DNA from: Carpediemonas membranifera BICM
Taxonomy: Eukaryota > Protista > Fornicata
Assembly: GCA_019828565.1 (NCBI GenBank)
Contig: JAHDYR010000014.1
Coordinates: 62,001 to 126,000, forward strand
DNA: 64,000 bases
Reading direction: 5' to 3'
Shown: in pieces, positions 54,084-64,000 of the stretch
Position numbering within the stretch: the stretch's first letter is position 1
Layout of the letters: each line of letters begins with the position of its first letter
The notes under the pieces: model-generated
The model's database searches: none
What the model was told of the DNA's origin: nothing
Seen by the model: the letters and a program-made list of their open reading frames with translations, nothing else
Translations under genes and position numbers: made by a program

Positions 54084-55937
54084 ATGCGAAATACAGCGTC
54101 CAATATCGCCCGATCCAACTCCAGCATCAGCAGTACACAAAACGAACGACCACCCTCCTTTGAGAACAATGGGTTCGAATCAAGTAGCCCTGAGGTTGTT
54201 GAAATGCAGTACCAAACCCCGCAGATGTCCTACCAGGCCTCCCAGTCCAGCCCCGGCTCCCCGTCCTCTGATGGCAGCCAGCCACTGCTCACTGCGGCAC
54301 TCATGTCTCCCGGCAACTCAGGCAATGCAGGTGTCCCGGACTCGGTGTTCAACATATCCAACACGATCCTGGGGGCAGGCACCCTGACGCTCCCCTATGC
54401 CTTCCGGTCTGCGGGGTTTGTCCCCGGGATCTGCTTCATCCTCGCGTCATATGCACTGATGCTCTTCAGTATGAGAATTCTTGTCCGGTCGTGTCACCGC
54501 ATGCAGCCCCGCCTCTATTCATACCGAGACCTGTGTAACGCGTGCTTCGGTACCTGGGCAGGTCCTGTGGTCGAGATCATGATTACAGTTCTGACCACTG
54601 GCACTATCATCGTTTATATCATTATTATCGGTGATTATCTCAATCTTCTCACCACGCGATATCTCCCTTTCCTGCCATTCCTCCACTCCGAGCTTGTCAT
54701 CCGAGTATTAGTGCTGGTCTTCATCGTCTTCCCCCTCTGTTGCTTCAAGACGCTCGACATGCTCTCATTTACCTCTGGGATTGCTGTAATGGCCGTTGTC
54801 TTCACCACGATATTCGTAGTAGTATCGTTCTTATTCTCATTAGCAAGCGGGAAGGCGGCAATCCGGACGGGCGGCACAGAGCTGTTTCGGTTGGATATAT
54901 CAGCTTTCGTTGCCATCTCCTTGTTCAGCGTGGCCTTCGCTGCCCACTTCACTCTGCCCCAGATTTACCGCGAGCTGAAGAAGAAGGAATTGTCATTACT
55001 GCCCATACGAAGCCACCAGAGCCCTGTTAGTGAGTCCTCGACGGCCCTCAGCTCAGAAGCTGCCGTGCCAGTGGAGCAGACCGATCTGGCCAACCTTGAC
55101 CCCGACATCGTCCAGGTTACCGGCAGATCAGAGTCCACCATCTCTAGACCCGAAGCCAGCCTCACCCCCTCAGGGCTCGAGTCGGGTGATCAGTCTCGGT
55201 CAGCTGGGACAACACCGAGTCTGCCGCCACCGATGAGGGCCAGCTTCACACTGTCGAGCTTGACATCAAGAACAGACACTACCTCAGCCTCTAGTACAAC
55301 CACGTCGATCGCCCAAGCAACTCAGACCCGGCCCGCGGTGAGGTCAGGGCACCATGACCGGGATTGGAACCGAATCTGGCTCAGCCTCTGTATCAGCTTG
55401 ACCATGTGTCTCGTGTTGTATATGACGGTCGGGCTGTGTGGCTATGCGGAGTTTGGATCAGACGACACCGAGGACAACGTCCTGCTGAGTTATAAGGGCA
55501 CCAACGTTGGTCGAGACCTCGCTTTGGTTGCTATGAGCACAGTAATACTATTCTCACTGCCCTTGGTCCACTATGCGGCGAGGCAATGTCTGCTCAGCGC
55601 AATTTGGACAATACTCGTCAGAAGGCCGTACAGGTTCGGGTGGCACAGTCATGTCATTACAGCCGTGGTGTTTCTGTCAGTCTGCCTCGTGATCGCCCAG
55701 CTCATTCCGTCCATATCACTGGTATTCAGCCTTCTCTTCGCCATCGTCGGCTCTGTCGTCTACTGGATCGCACCAGCACTCATTTACCTCAGACTTCGAC
55801 TAAGGTTCCAGGGAAAGGCTGACTCTAGGACCCAGTGGCGGTCTGAGCTCAAAGACAGGTCCGCTTGGGCTGCTGTAGCCCTGCTGCTTGTCGCCGTGCC
55901 GCTGGGCTGCCTCATATTCACAGCAAACTTCCTCTGA
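54084..55937 (+). CDS. Amino acid transporter, AAAP/SLC38 family
   Basis: VFNISNTILGAGTLTLPYAF, SYRDL, AFAAHF..PQIYREL, GLCGYAEFG, NVLLSY; about 11 TM helices with an S/T-rich loop insertion. Confidence 0.92.
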   Translation: MRNTASNIARSNSSISSTQNERPPSFENNGFESSSPEVVEMQYQTPQMSYQASQSSPGSPSSDGSQPLLTAALMSPGNSGNAGVPDSVFNISNTILGAGTLTLPYAFRSAGFVPGICFILASYALMLFSMRILVRSCHRMQPRLYSYRDLCNACFGTWAGPVVEIMITVLTTGTIIVYIIIIGDYLNLLTTRYLPFLPFLHSELVIRVLVLVFIVFPLCCFKTLDMLSFTSGIAVMAVVFTTIFVVVSFLFSLASGKAAIRTGGTELFRLDISAFVAISLFSVAFAAHFTLPQIYRELKKKELSLLPIRSHQSPVSESSTALSSEAAVPVEQTDLANLDPDIVQVTGRSESTISRPEASLTPSGLESGDQSRSAGTTPSLPPPMRASFTLSSLTSRTDTTSASSTTTSIAQATQTRPAVRSGHHDRDWNRIWLSLCISLTMCLVLYMTVGLCGYAEFGSDDTEDNVLLSYKGTNVGRDLALVAMSTVILFSLPLVHYAARQCLLSAIWTILVRRPYRFGWHSHVITAVVFLSVCLVIAQLIPSISLVFSLLFAIVGSVVYWIAPALIYLRLRLRFQGKADSRTQWRSELKDRSAWAAVALLLVAVPLGCLIFTANFL

Positions 55938-56049
55938 GTGTGGTGACGCTTATTATAAACTCCAGATTGCATTCTGATTGAGAGATGCAGATGCCAATTG
56001 AGATCACGGAGATTCGACTCAGACGCAGTCGCGCATTTTAACAAACGCG

Positions 56050-57036
56050 ATGGTATCCGCTTTCTTGCTTGTGAAGGTAATACAGGCGCGTAACTTGCCT
56101 TCAACAGATAGCAATAACAGCTCAGATCCGTACTGTAAGCTCAAAATCGTCGGCAAGGACTCACAGAGGACTCAAACGATCGAACGCACCGTAGATCCGT
56201 ACTGGAATGAGTCCTTTGCGATGAAATACAAGGCAAGGGACATAGTCTTTGCTATATTTGATGCTGACCGATTCTCAGCGGATGACCCGCTCGGTCGAGT
56301 TCAGTTCACGACCAAGTTCCTCGAGGACATGAAGGAAGTCCCCGTATCCTTCTGGGCGCCCCTCACGTCACCAGACGGTGGTTTCCTACACCTCTCCATG
56401 TGTTATTCTGACTCCAACGACCTTTCCGTTCTCAACAGGAAGAGTTCTGTGTCCCCGTTCAAAATGGAGGTCGAGGTGGTGGAAGCCAGCGATCTTAGAG
56501 CATCAGACCTCAATGGCCAGTCAGACCCGTATGCCCTTGTCACTGTTGATGGCGGCCAGAAGAAGAAGACCAAGATCAGGATGCACAACTTGAGTCCGAC
56601 CTGGAATGAGAAGTATAAGCTCGACGTGACTCCGGAATCTATTGTAAGAGTCGAGATCCGCGACTTTGACCGAGTCAGCGACGACGATGTACTCGGCTTC
56701 ACTTCGTTCACTCCTTCAGAGCTGTCTCCTAACTGTACTGCGAACTTCTGGGCGAAGCTGCAGGGTCATGATGCAAGGGGGTTCGTCCACATCAAGGCGA
56801 CTGTGCCCGAGTCGGTGCAGTCTTGTGCACCATCAACTCCGGTGGCCTCGGCGACTGTGTTCTGCCCATGCGGGTCTATCCCGGCCGGCACATACTCCAC
56901 GCTGCCTACAGACGGCTTCCACACCGATCGGGAGATGAAGATGGCAGCGGTGAAGGGAGCCGTCGCTGGTGGTCTGGCTGGCTTCGGAGTAGGGATGGCC
57001 GCAGAGCATGTTAGGGCCAAGGTTATGGGTCATTAG
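56050..57036 (+). CDS. Tandem C2 domain protein
   Basis: Two C2 domains (ARNLPSTDSNNSSDPY...DADRFSADDPLG; ASDLRASDLNGQSDPY...DFDRVSDDDVLG). Confidence 0.92.
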   Translation: MVSAFLLVKVIQARNLPSTDSNNSSDPYCKLKIVGKDSQRTQTIERTVDPYWNESFAMKYKARDIVFAIFDADRFSADDPLGRVQFTTKFLEDMKEVPVSFWAPLTSPDGGFLHLSMCYSDSNDLSVLNRKSSVSPFKMEVEVVEASDLRASDLNGQSDPYALVTVDGGQKKKTKIRMHNLSPTWNEKYKLDVTPESIVRVEIRDFDRVSDDDVLGFTSFTPSELSPNCTANFWAKLQGHDARGFVHIKATVPESVQSCAPSTPVASATVFCPCGSIPAGTYSTLPTDGFHTDREMKMAAVKGAVAGGLAGFGVGMAAEHVRAKVMGH

Positions 57037-57279
57037 TCTATGTATACTATCGCTGTAAAAGTCTATATACATACATACCACATACCACATACTAGATTAA
57101 ATACGTAAAGGCTCATTGGTTCTGCCCCAGTTTCGCTGGTTGTCACTCTTTTGGTCAAAACGATTTACCCGTATACATACTTCTCAATGTACCGGTCCGC
57201 ACCGGTCCAAGTCTGTCAAACGCCAGCCAGCCTACAGGCCGGGGGCGGAGCTTTGGTCAAAACTGGCAAAACTATTGAT

Positions 57280-57975
57280 ATGAAGACTTTATCCTCAGCG
57301 GATGCGGATGCCTTGGATCGGGAGCTGTTTTCGACGTGTAATTTTGATGTTATTCAGCTAATGGAGCTTGCTGGCTTTGCAGTGGCGATGGCCACCCTGA
57401 AACAGCACAAGGACGATCTTTCTCATGGTATACTCATCATCTGCGGCCCTGGTAACAATGGAGGCGATGGAATGGTTGCCGCTCGTCATCTCTCTCTATT
57501 TGGAGTGACTGATATCACTCTGTATGTCCCGAAGCAACCGAAGACGGACCTATACCTTCGTCTCATCGATCAAGCACGACAATTCGGGGTTACAGTGACG
57601 GATGATACTAGTGTGTTGGACCGGTCATACGGCGTATGCATGGATGCGGTGTTTGGCTTCAACTTCGACCCCAAGGGCGGCATCAGAGCACCATATGATT
57701 CCATCATCGCACGCATGCGTGATGAAGCTGCTGTATGCTACTCAAAGCTCGTCTCTATCGATGTCCCGAGTGGCTGGGAAGTTGATGTTCCCGCAGATGA
57801 GCAGAGGAAGGATGTGATCCGCCCTAACACCCTCATTTCACTCACAGCTCCGAAAATATGCGCCGATAAGTTCGATGGAAACCACTGGGTTGGAGGTAGA
57901 TTTGTACCACCGGCGATCAGGGATAAGTATGGCGTTCACATAGACTTTGGTGATGACATCGTCGTCAAGCAGTAA
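57280..57975 (+). CDS. NAXE: NAD(P)H-hydrate epimerase (YjeF_N)
   Basis: QLMELAG, ICGPGNNGGDG, DAVFGF, SIDVPSGW, LISLTAPK, GGRFVP. Confidence 0.93.
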   Translation: MKTLSSADADALDRELFSTCNFDVIQLMELAGFAVAMATLKQHKDDLSHGILIICGPGNNGGDGMVAARHLSLFGVTDITLYVPKQPKTDLYLRLIDQARQFGVTVTDDTSVLDRSYGVCMDAVFGFNFDPKGGIRAPYDSIIARMRDEAAVCYSKLVSIDVPSGWEVDVPADEQRKDVIRPNTLISLTAPKICADKFDGNHWVGGRFVPPAIRDKYGVHIDFGDDIVVKQ

Positions 57976-58004
57976 AAGCCCGTCAACGCCCTTCAGACCT
58001 ACTA

Positions 58005-59417
58005 TCAGGCATTTACCGTAGTATATCCCGCTGTCGCTATAAACGCGTCCATGTGCGACCCCGTTGCCGCAGTCGGACTGAATGGGACCAGTTGACCCCC
58101 GTCCAGAGTCAGAAGGTCAGCAGAGTCGATGCCGAAGATGGCGCTGACTATCCCTTTGATTTGCTGGGGATCAGCATCATGTGGCACGATCCGATTCGCT
58201 CGTGCAAGCACTGCGTGACCACAAAAATTGCGAGGAGATCCAGGGCGATCTAAAAGATAAGGATTCTTCTCTCGGATCTTCTTGATTAGCACGCGAGACT
58301 CCTCATCAGATTCTGGAGTCAGCACCATTAATCTAAGTCTTACTGTCCCAGATGGGATCGGCAGGGCCCTGCCTACGTCATACGGGAACTCCCCGAGGGC
58401 CTCCTGGTACTCACAGGCCTCCTTGTGCGATGGGAAACGCCCTGGATATGACTCGCAATGACTGACGAAGTCAGGGTGACTCCGACCAAGTCCAATCAAC
58501 TGTAGACCCGAGTCGATCGAGTCCTCGGCAGTGCAGCAGAGCCGAAGGAACTCCCGTATGGCGTATGCCCGACCAGCGCTGTCAACAGCGGAGCCATTGA
58601 GCTTCTGGCATCCTGTAAGAGTGATTATTACCGATCTCGCCTCATCCGTCGTCATGTGACACAGAACTGCGCAAGAGTCGATTGCAAGTCGGATATTTGC
58701 CAGCACAGGGAATGTGCTGAGTGACTTCAATTGTGCCAGATCGAGGTCGGTTCCGGAGATGTAGAGCGTCTCCAGGTGACGCCATTGCCCGTAAACGCAT
58801 GGCTCGACTCTTCGAAGCGGGTTGTTGGTGAGGGCCAGTTCAGATAGCCGGGGCAGGCTAGCGAGTGTTGAGAGCTGCGTCGTTGACGTAATCAGATTTC
58901 CACTCAAATCAATTGTCCTCAGATGAGCGAATGCTCCTTGTGGAATAGTCGGTACTGATTCAATCCCACAATGGCTGAAGCTGACACAGTTCAGGTTCGT
59001 GAAGACTGTCCCAAGTGCGAAGAGGCGCTCGACCGGCCAGCTCACCCGGGAGAGTGATAGCAGCTGTACTGAGACGATGCGCGGTACATGCGTGTCTAGT
59101 GTGGCATGGTCGAAAGGGTTTGAACCGGCAGATAGGTGTGTCAGATGTGGCGCGATGGAGGCCAGCCGGATGATGTCATTGAAGCTTGTTATCTTGTTGT
59201 TGTCGAGCTCGAGCACCTGGACAGCCTCAAGTATGTCGATAAGTGCACGATTCGCATCAATTCTACTGATATTTCGGTCTTGGAGGCCAATGATCGGGCG
59301 TCGGCCTGTGTTCTGCACCATAATGGACGCAGATGACGCCACATCCTCGCCAAGCTCTATGCCTAGTATTTCAGAGCCGTATTTGTCCAGATATGCTTGT
59401 CTAAAGGTCTTTTCCAT
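58005..59417 (-). CDS. TBCEL: Tubulin-specific chaperone E-like LRR protein (no CAP-Gly)
   Basis: MEKTFRQAYLDKY start resembles TBCEL; LRRs (LELDNNKI, LSAGSNP, IDLSGNLI, LALTNNP); ARSVII...KLNGSAV cap. Confidence 0.62.
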   Translation of the reverse strand: MEKTFRQAYLDKYGSEILGIELGEDVASSASIMVQNTGRRPIIGLQDRNISRIDANRALIDILEAVQVLELDNNKITSFNDIIRLASIAPHLTHLSAGSNPFDHATLDTHVPRIVSVQLLSLSRVSWPVERLFALGTVFTNLNCVSFSHCGIESVPTIPQGAFAHLRTIDLSGNLITSTTQLSTLASLPRLSELALTNNPLRRVEPCVYGQWRHLETLYISGTDLDLAQLKSLSTFPVLANIRLAIDSCAVLCHMTTDEARSVIITLTGCQKLNGSAVDSAGRAYAIREFLRLCCTAEDSIDSGLQLIGLGRSHPDFVSHCESYPGRFPSHKEACEYQEALGEFPYDVGRALPIPSGTVRLRLMVLTPESDEESRVLIKKIREKNPYLLDRPGSPRNFCGHAVLARANRIVPHDADPQQIKGIVSAIFGIDSADLLTLDGGQLVPFSPTAATGSHMDAFIATAGYTTVNA

Positions 59418-59582
59418 GCCGTCAATCCGACATTTGTCACCGTGCTCGCTGTAGTCCAACAGTGGCAATTGAATGTGACCTTGGAGATCAGCAACACCTG
59501 CCATAACCAACACGGTTTACAGGGCTGTTCGCCACAGTTCTCTAGTCTAACACAGTATCTAATTACAACCCCGCACTGTTCG

Positions 59583-61913
59583 TCAGGGGCAACAGGGGCA
59601 GTGGCTGCGCCCTCGTCCTCTTCGGAGGGAGTGGGGGTGCCGCCTTAACACCCTCCCCGTCGTTGCGGGGCATCCTGGGCGGGGGTAGGGGAGGCGGGCC
59701 CGCGGGTCTCGGGGGCAGGGGCCTGGTCCTACGGGGGGGCAGCGGGGGGCGGGCTTCGTGGGCGATGCCGGGGTGGGGAGCGTCGGCGGCTCCTCATGGG
59801 TGGTCTCGGGCTCATACTCGGACTCCTCGGGCTCAGTCGACTCCACCGCAGTCTCGTGCGCTGGGGCTGCAGGCTCTTCGACCTCGTCCGGGGCAGGGGG
59901 CGCTGATTGGGCCTCGACCTCCTCCATCGTCACAACCTCAGGCAACTCTTCGGGCTTAGGCACAGGCTTGGGCTCGGCATCAACCACCTCCGCCTCACGC
60001 TGTACCTGTGCTTGGGCCGGCTTGGGCGGGGGTGGCGGTGGGGTAAAGGGCTTTTTAGGTGGGGCAGGGGGCGCGGGCTTCGGGGTCGCCGGTGCTGGTG
60101 GTACTGGCGGCTTTGCCGGAACTGGGGCCGAGGCGGGTGGCGTAGCGACAGGCGTCTCAGTCTTGGTCGGTGTCGCTGGCTTCTCTGAGATGGGCTCGTG
60201 CTCCGTAACTGCGATAGGGGGCGGGGCGGCTGTCTCACCCTCCTTCTTCTTCATCAGCCGTACCTTCCAGGCGGGCAACGGGGCAGTCTCTTGGGGCTGC
60301 TCGAACATCCTCGCCATATCCCTCACACTCCTTGCCCTGGGCCGGGTATCGCCTAAGTCTGACTGGTCTAGGGCTGGGCGTTGGGCTGGGGGCTGGCCCT
60401 TCCTCTCCAGCTGTTCGATCTTCCACCGCCTCTGGGCCGCCTGGAGTGGGTTGAGTGTCTCCCCGTCCTTGGCGTCCTCGTCGTCGTCCCGAGGCCGACT
60501 AGCTACCGCCTGCAGGATCGGTGCAGGCAGGGGCACGGAGTCCTTAGGGAGGATGCTGCCCGCCCTGCTGTGGACCTGACTAGCGGGGGCCGAGGGCTTC
60601 CGCCTTGGCTCGGGCTCTTCATCCACCCTCGGGGCGGGAGGCATGGGCTTCTCCCGCTCCATCCTGGCAACCTCCTCGGCCTCGACGATCCTCCGCTCGA
60701 CGTCGGCCGTCATCTGCTGAACAAGGCCGAGCCAGTCGCTCGACAGCGGGTTGACGGTGTCCGGCATGTGACCCGTCATCGTAAAGCTGTCAGAGTCGCC
60801 ATGCTCCTCCTCGATCTCGTCAGCGTCCTCAGGTCGCCTGGCCATAACGGCCCTCAGGGTCGACCTGGCCTTCTCAATGTCGGCCCTGCTCGCTTCGATC
60901 TCTGCTACCTGTGTACTGATTCGGTTCTGCCAGTTCTCGGCCTCGATTTCATCCTTCGCTCTGAACACGTAACGGCGATAGGGCGTTCGGACAACAATGG
61001 AGTTCGGCACCTCGAGATCAGTCCCGATAAACGCTGCGGCCAATGGTATGCAGCCCTTGAGCTTTGAGTTGGACAATAGGCCCTTACTAGCGTACAGCAG
61101 CACGTCCGTCAGCAGGAAACAGGACCGGGTCTGCCATGATCCGGTGGGCGACCGCTTACTGAGGGCACCCTCGTAGCACTGCATGCGGTGGGGCATAATG
61201 AGGCTGTCAGCGAGGGAGCCCCAGCCCGAGACGCGCTTGAGGAGTGTGAGGACAGCGTTCCTCCGCTCTTGGTCCGTCATGTGGTTGTTGACGAGACCGG
61301 TGACCTCCCTCATCAACAACAGGGCCTTCTTCAGGTCCTCGAGGTCTGGGTGTGTCTCCTCCGTCTGCTTGATGAGCTCTGCCAGCAGCAACGTGTATCT
61401 CGGGACACGCTGGACGGGCATGATCAGAAGGGACTCGAAGTCATGCTGCTTCGGGTTGGACTCTGGATGAGATTCGCGGATCCATTGTAGATACGCTTGA
61501 AATTGAGTATTCCCTCGGTTCGACTGAAGTAGTGCCTGCGCTCGGTCGTAATTCTCGGAGTAATGCTTGTAGAGCTTGATATATGGCCCCACCTGGATGA
61601 ATATGCCGCCTATCATCGTAGCTGCAGGGTCGAAATCCAGTAATTGGGCCTCCAGCAGCTGCAACAGTTCCATGTTGGCCATGAAGAGCATAGAGAGGTT
61701 GGCGAAGAAACACGCCGAGTCTCTCAGTTCTTTTGGCCATCCACGCTGTTTCGCGCGCTTCTCATACTCCTTGATACCGTCCTCCACGAGAAACTTCAGA
61801 TAGCCTGTATACGTCCGCTCAGTGTCCAAAATCTCATGAGCAACCCGCCGCCTGGTCTCCAAACGTCTTGTTTTCTTCTCTAGTATCTGTTCTTCATCGT
61901 AATCATCAGTCAT
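59583..61913 (-). CDS. RhoGEF (DH-PH) with proline-rich tail; extreme C-terminus uncertain
   Basis: EILDTERTY, LLIMPVQRVPRYTLLL DH motifs; RSCFLLTDVLLY...ENWQNRI PH domain; C-rich homopolymers near 59740 may hide indels. Confidence 0.9.
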   Translation of the reverse strand: MTDDYDEEQILEKKTRRLETRRRVAHEILDTERTYTGYLKFLVEDGIKEYEKRAKQRGWPKELRDSACFFANLSMLFMANMELLQLLEAQLLDFDPAATMIGGIFIQVGPYIKLYKHYSENYDRAQALLQSNRGNTQFQAYLQWIRESHPESNPKQHDFESLLIMPVQRVPRYTLLLAELIKQTEETHPDLEDLKKALLLMREVTGLVNNHMTDQERRNAVLTLLKRVSGWGSLADSLIMPHRMQCYEGALSKRSPTGSWQTRSCFLLTDVLLYASKGLLSNSKLKGCIPLAAAFIGTDLEVPNSIVVRTPYRRYVFRAKDEIEAENWQNRISTQVAEIEASRADIEKARSTLRAVMARRPEDADEIEEEHGDSDSFTMTGHMPDTVNPLSSDWLGLVQQMTADVERRIVEAEEVARMEREKPMPPAPRVDEEPEPRRKPSAPASQVHSRAGSILPKDSVPLPAPILQAVASRPRDDDEDAKDGETLNPLQAAQRRWKIEQLERKGQPPAQRPALDQSDLGDTRPRARSVRDMARMFEQPQETAPLPAWKVRLMKKKEGETAAPPPIAVTEHEPISEKPATPTKTETPVATPPASAPVPAKPPVPPAPATPKPAPPAPPKKPFTPPPPPPKPAQAQVQREAEVVDAEPKPVPKPEELPEVVTMEEVEAQSAPPAPDEVEEPAAPAHETAVESTEPEESEYEPETTHEEPPTLPTPASPTKPAPRCPPVGPGPCPRDPRARLPYPRPGCPATTGRVLRRHPHSLRRGRGRSHCPCCP

Positions 61914-62014
61914 TACCCAGCTACTGCGCGGGGCGAGATTCTCTTCCTTAAAGTGCACCGATGTCGATTCTTACGCTTTTGACCACGGCTCAGCACTCTG
62001 TAATGCATTCGCGT

Positions 62015-62602
62015 TTAATCCTCTGTCTCTGTCTGCTCGGACTCGGTCTCGGACTCTTGCTCTTCCGCGAGGATCTCGATTACACTGTTGAGCTCCTCAG
62101 CGAGGGAGGCGTACTCGACTGTCCGGGCGGCGGAAACGCCCTTCCACTGAGTGTTCACCTGGGCGGCAGTCAGCTTCTTGCCGGTCTCGGTCTCATACAT
62201 TTTGCGGAGAGCCAGCTTGAAGAGAGCGGCACCCTTCTCTGAGCGCTTCTTGATGGCACCGGTAGTCTCCTTCTTGGAGGCTGCCTTCTTGGCAGGGGCC
62301 TTCTTGCCGTTCTTAGCCTCCTTGGCAGCCTCCTTCAGAGCCTTCTCCTCCTCCTTCCAGTTGGGGTACTTTGCCTCGTAAGCAGCCATCTGCTTGTCGA
62401 AGGCTTCCTTCTCGAGGTTGTACTCGTCAACATAGAGCTTCCGCGCCTCCTCGTCCATGTCTTTCCATTCTGCGCCCATCGTGCTCATCATCTCGGTCCC
62501 CTTAAGCTCCGGCTTCTCTTCCTTGAGCTTCGGGCGGCGAGCGACAGTGAAGCGGATGTAAGGCTGGTTCGGTTTCTTCGGTACGGCTTCACGTTCGCCC
62601 AT
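62015..62602 (-). CDS. HMG-box protein
   Basis: PKKPNQPYIRF...RPKLKEEKPEL...MGAEWKDMDEEARKLY. Confidence 0.9.
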   Translation of the reverse strand: MGEREAVPKKPNQPYIRFTVARRPKLKEEKPELKGTEMMSTMGAEWKDMDEEARKLYVDEYNLEKEAFDKQMAAYEAKYPNWKEEEKALKEAAKEAKNGKKAPAKKAASKKETTGAIKKRSEKGAALFKLALRKMYETETGKKLTAAQVNTQWKGVSAARTVEYASLAEELNSVIEILAEEQESETESEQTETED

Positions 62603-63016
62603 TATGTATTTCGAGATCAAAGGCGTGAACCGTTATTGCGAGACATCTCCGCCATTAGGAATAAATGCTAAATATCTCGGTGAATAGGCTGATACAGACG
62701 GCGCTAACATGTGCACCAGTCACTATGCCATGGCTTTCACCCAACAGGTTAACTTGGGAAGATAATGACAGTCAACCCGCCGCCACCGTGTCCGAGACAG
62801 CTGGCGTGTTGACGCCAGAAGATCAGCTGTGTTTCATCGGAGTCAAGTCCAGGGCGAAAGATCGGTCAGACAGCAAAAGCTTGGTCACCCCAAACTGCGG
62901 TCGGCGCCAGTTGGCGCAATGACACAGCCGCGGATAAGAGCAGACGGGTTTGATTAACTGCCGCAGACTTTATGCTTTCAAATCCGCATAAAAAGATGAA
63001 CACCATTGAACTCCGC

Positions 63017-64000
63017 TCACCTGGCACTCAGCTTCTCGAGCCTGTCCGCTGCCGGCGGGAGGAGGTTGTACAGGACAATGATGGACCCCACCGCCATGGC
63101 ACCAAAGAGATGCTGCATGGTCACAGCAACCCCGAACAGCAACCAGGAGGCGTAAATACAGAGAACGATGCTGGCCGAGGAGCAAAACACCTTGACGATG
63201 TTGTTGGCGAACTTCATGATAATGGAGATGAGCAGACCAGAGCAGCTCATCGTCAGCACCAGAAGCCACACAGCGGGGGTCCACCCAGAGAAGAAGTTGG
63301 ACCTTACCGGATCCCGATCAATGGCAAACCAGTAAACGAGGTTAAACAACACACCCCAGAAGTATAATGACGTGTTCTGGGCGTGTACAGAGATGTGGCT
63401 GTACCGTTTGAGGAAGTATTCAGTGAAGACAGAGGCAAAGGACGAGTTAAACGTGTACAAAATGGCCAATAACACCCCGACTGTCCTAGAGCTCTTGGTC
63501 GTGGCGGAGGGAACATACTGGGTCCATGAGATGACGAGCATTAGTAGGACCAGGGTCAGGTAGTGTAGGCCGGTGAACCTCTTGTGGAGTACGAAACGCA
63601 TCAAGACCGCGGTTGAAATGATCTTGAAATTGGACAAAATCTGGAACAATGCGGGCTCCAGATACCTCAAGATGAGGAATACAAGGTTGTTGTTGATGGC
63701 GTAAAGAATGGCAGGGACGGCTGATAGAAAGACGAGTTGCCAGGACATCGCCCGGGCCTGCTCCATGATGAAGTCGGGGGAGTTGCGGAGGAGGAAGAAG
63801 AGTGAGATGCAGATCTTCATGAACTCAACATAGGTGACAACGGAAGAGGAACAGTAGTCGTAGGTACCGTATGCGTTCTTCGTCGCATAACTGATGAGGA
63901 CATCTAATGACCTAGGTAAAGGGTAGAATAGAGTTACTATACAGGAATATCGTCAGCACAGTGCATGTGAAGAGCAGGAGGGGCAGTTGCAGGCCGATTC
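63017..64000 (-). CDS. Nucleotide-sugar transporter (SLC35A-like); 5' end beyond window; 31-nt intron at 63912..63942
   Basis: AVPAILYAINNNL, FQILSNFKIISTA, SVFTEYFLK, IMKFANNIVK; intron GTATAG...TTTACCTAG restores the frame upstream. Confidence 0.9.

Overview
Gene-dense eukaryotic DNA with short intergenic spacers and rare 28-31 nt GT-AG introns. It carries many flagellar/basal-body genes (RSPH9, OFD1-like, IFT80-like, CEP104, enkurin, CFAP65) and a Giardia-type class II aldolase, consistent with an anaerobic flagellate such as a free-living fornicate/metamonad (inference). The centre (19.1-32.9 kb) is a fully resolvable nest of chromodomain-bearing Ty3/gypsy LTR retrotransposons. A remnant integrase (element A) is split by element B (19301-32095, minus strand, 119-bp LTRs, TSD AGCT). 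B's integrase is in turn split by two near-identical copies of element C (20303-24663 plus, TSD CACC; 25002-29364 minus, TSD ATGT; 82-bp LTRs), which form a ~9-kb inverted repeat. The most striking signal is that neither B nor C has a tRNA primer-binding site. Each instead has a perfect 12-bp palindrome starting at the terminal A of the 5' LTR (AGTATCGATACT vs AATACTAGTATT), and the two differ only by three compensatory base-pair changes, suggesting a tRNA-independent priming or dimerisation mechanism. Other notable items are a 292-bp near-identical patch shared by two otherwise divergent inverted paralogs, a prokaryotic-type PocR sensor domain fused to a 2072-aa TmcB/C-like membrane protein, a half-length IFT80, and a peroxiredoxin with an organelle-targeting-like presequence. 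All protein family calls are from motif recognition by eye; no database searches were run.
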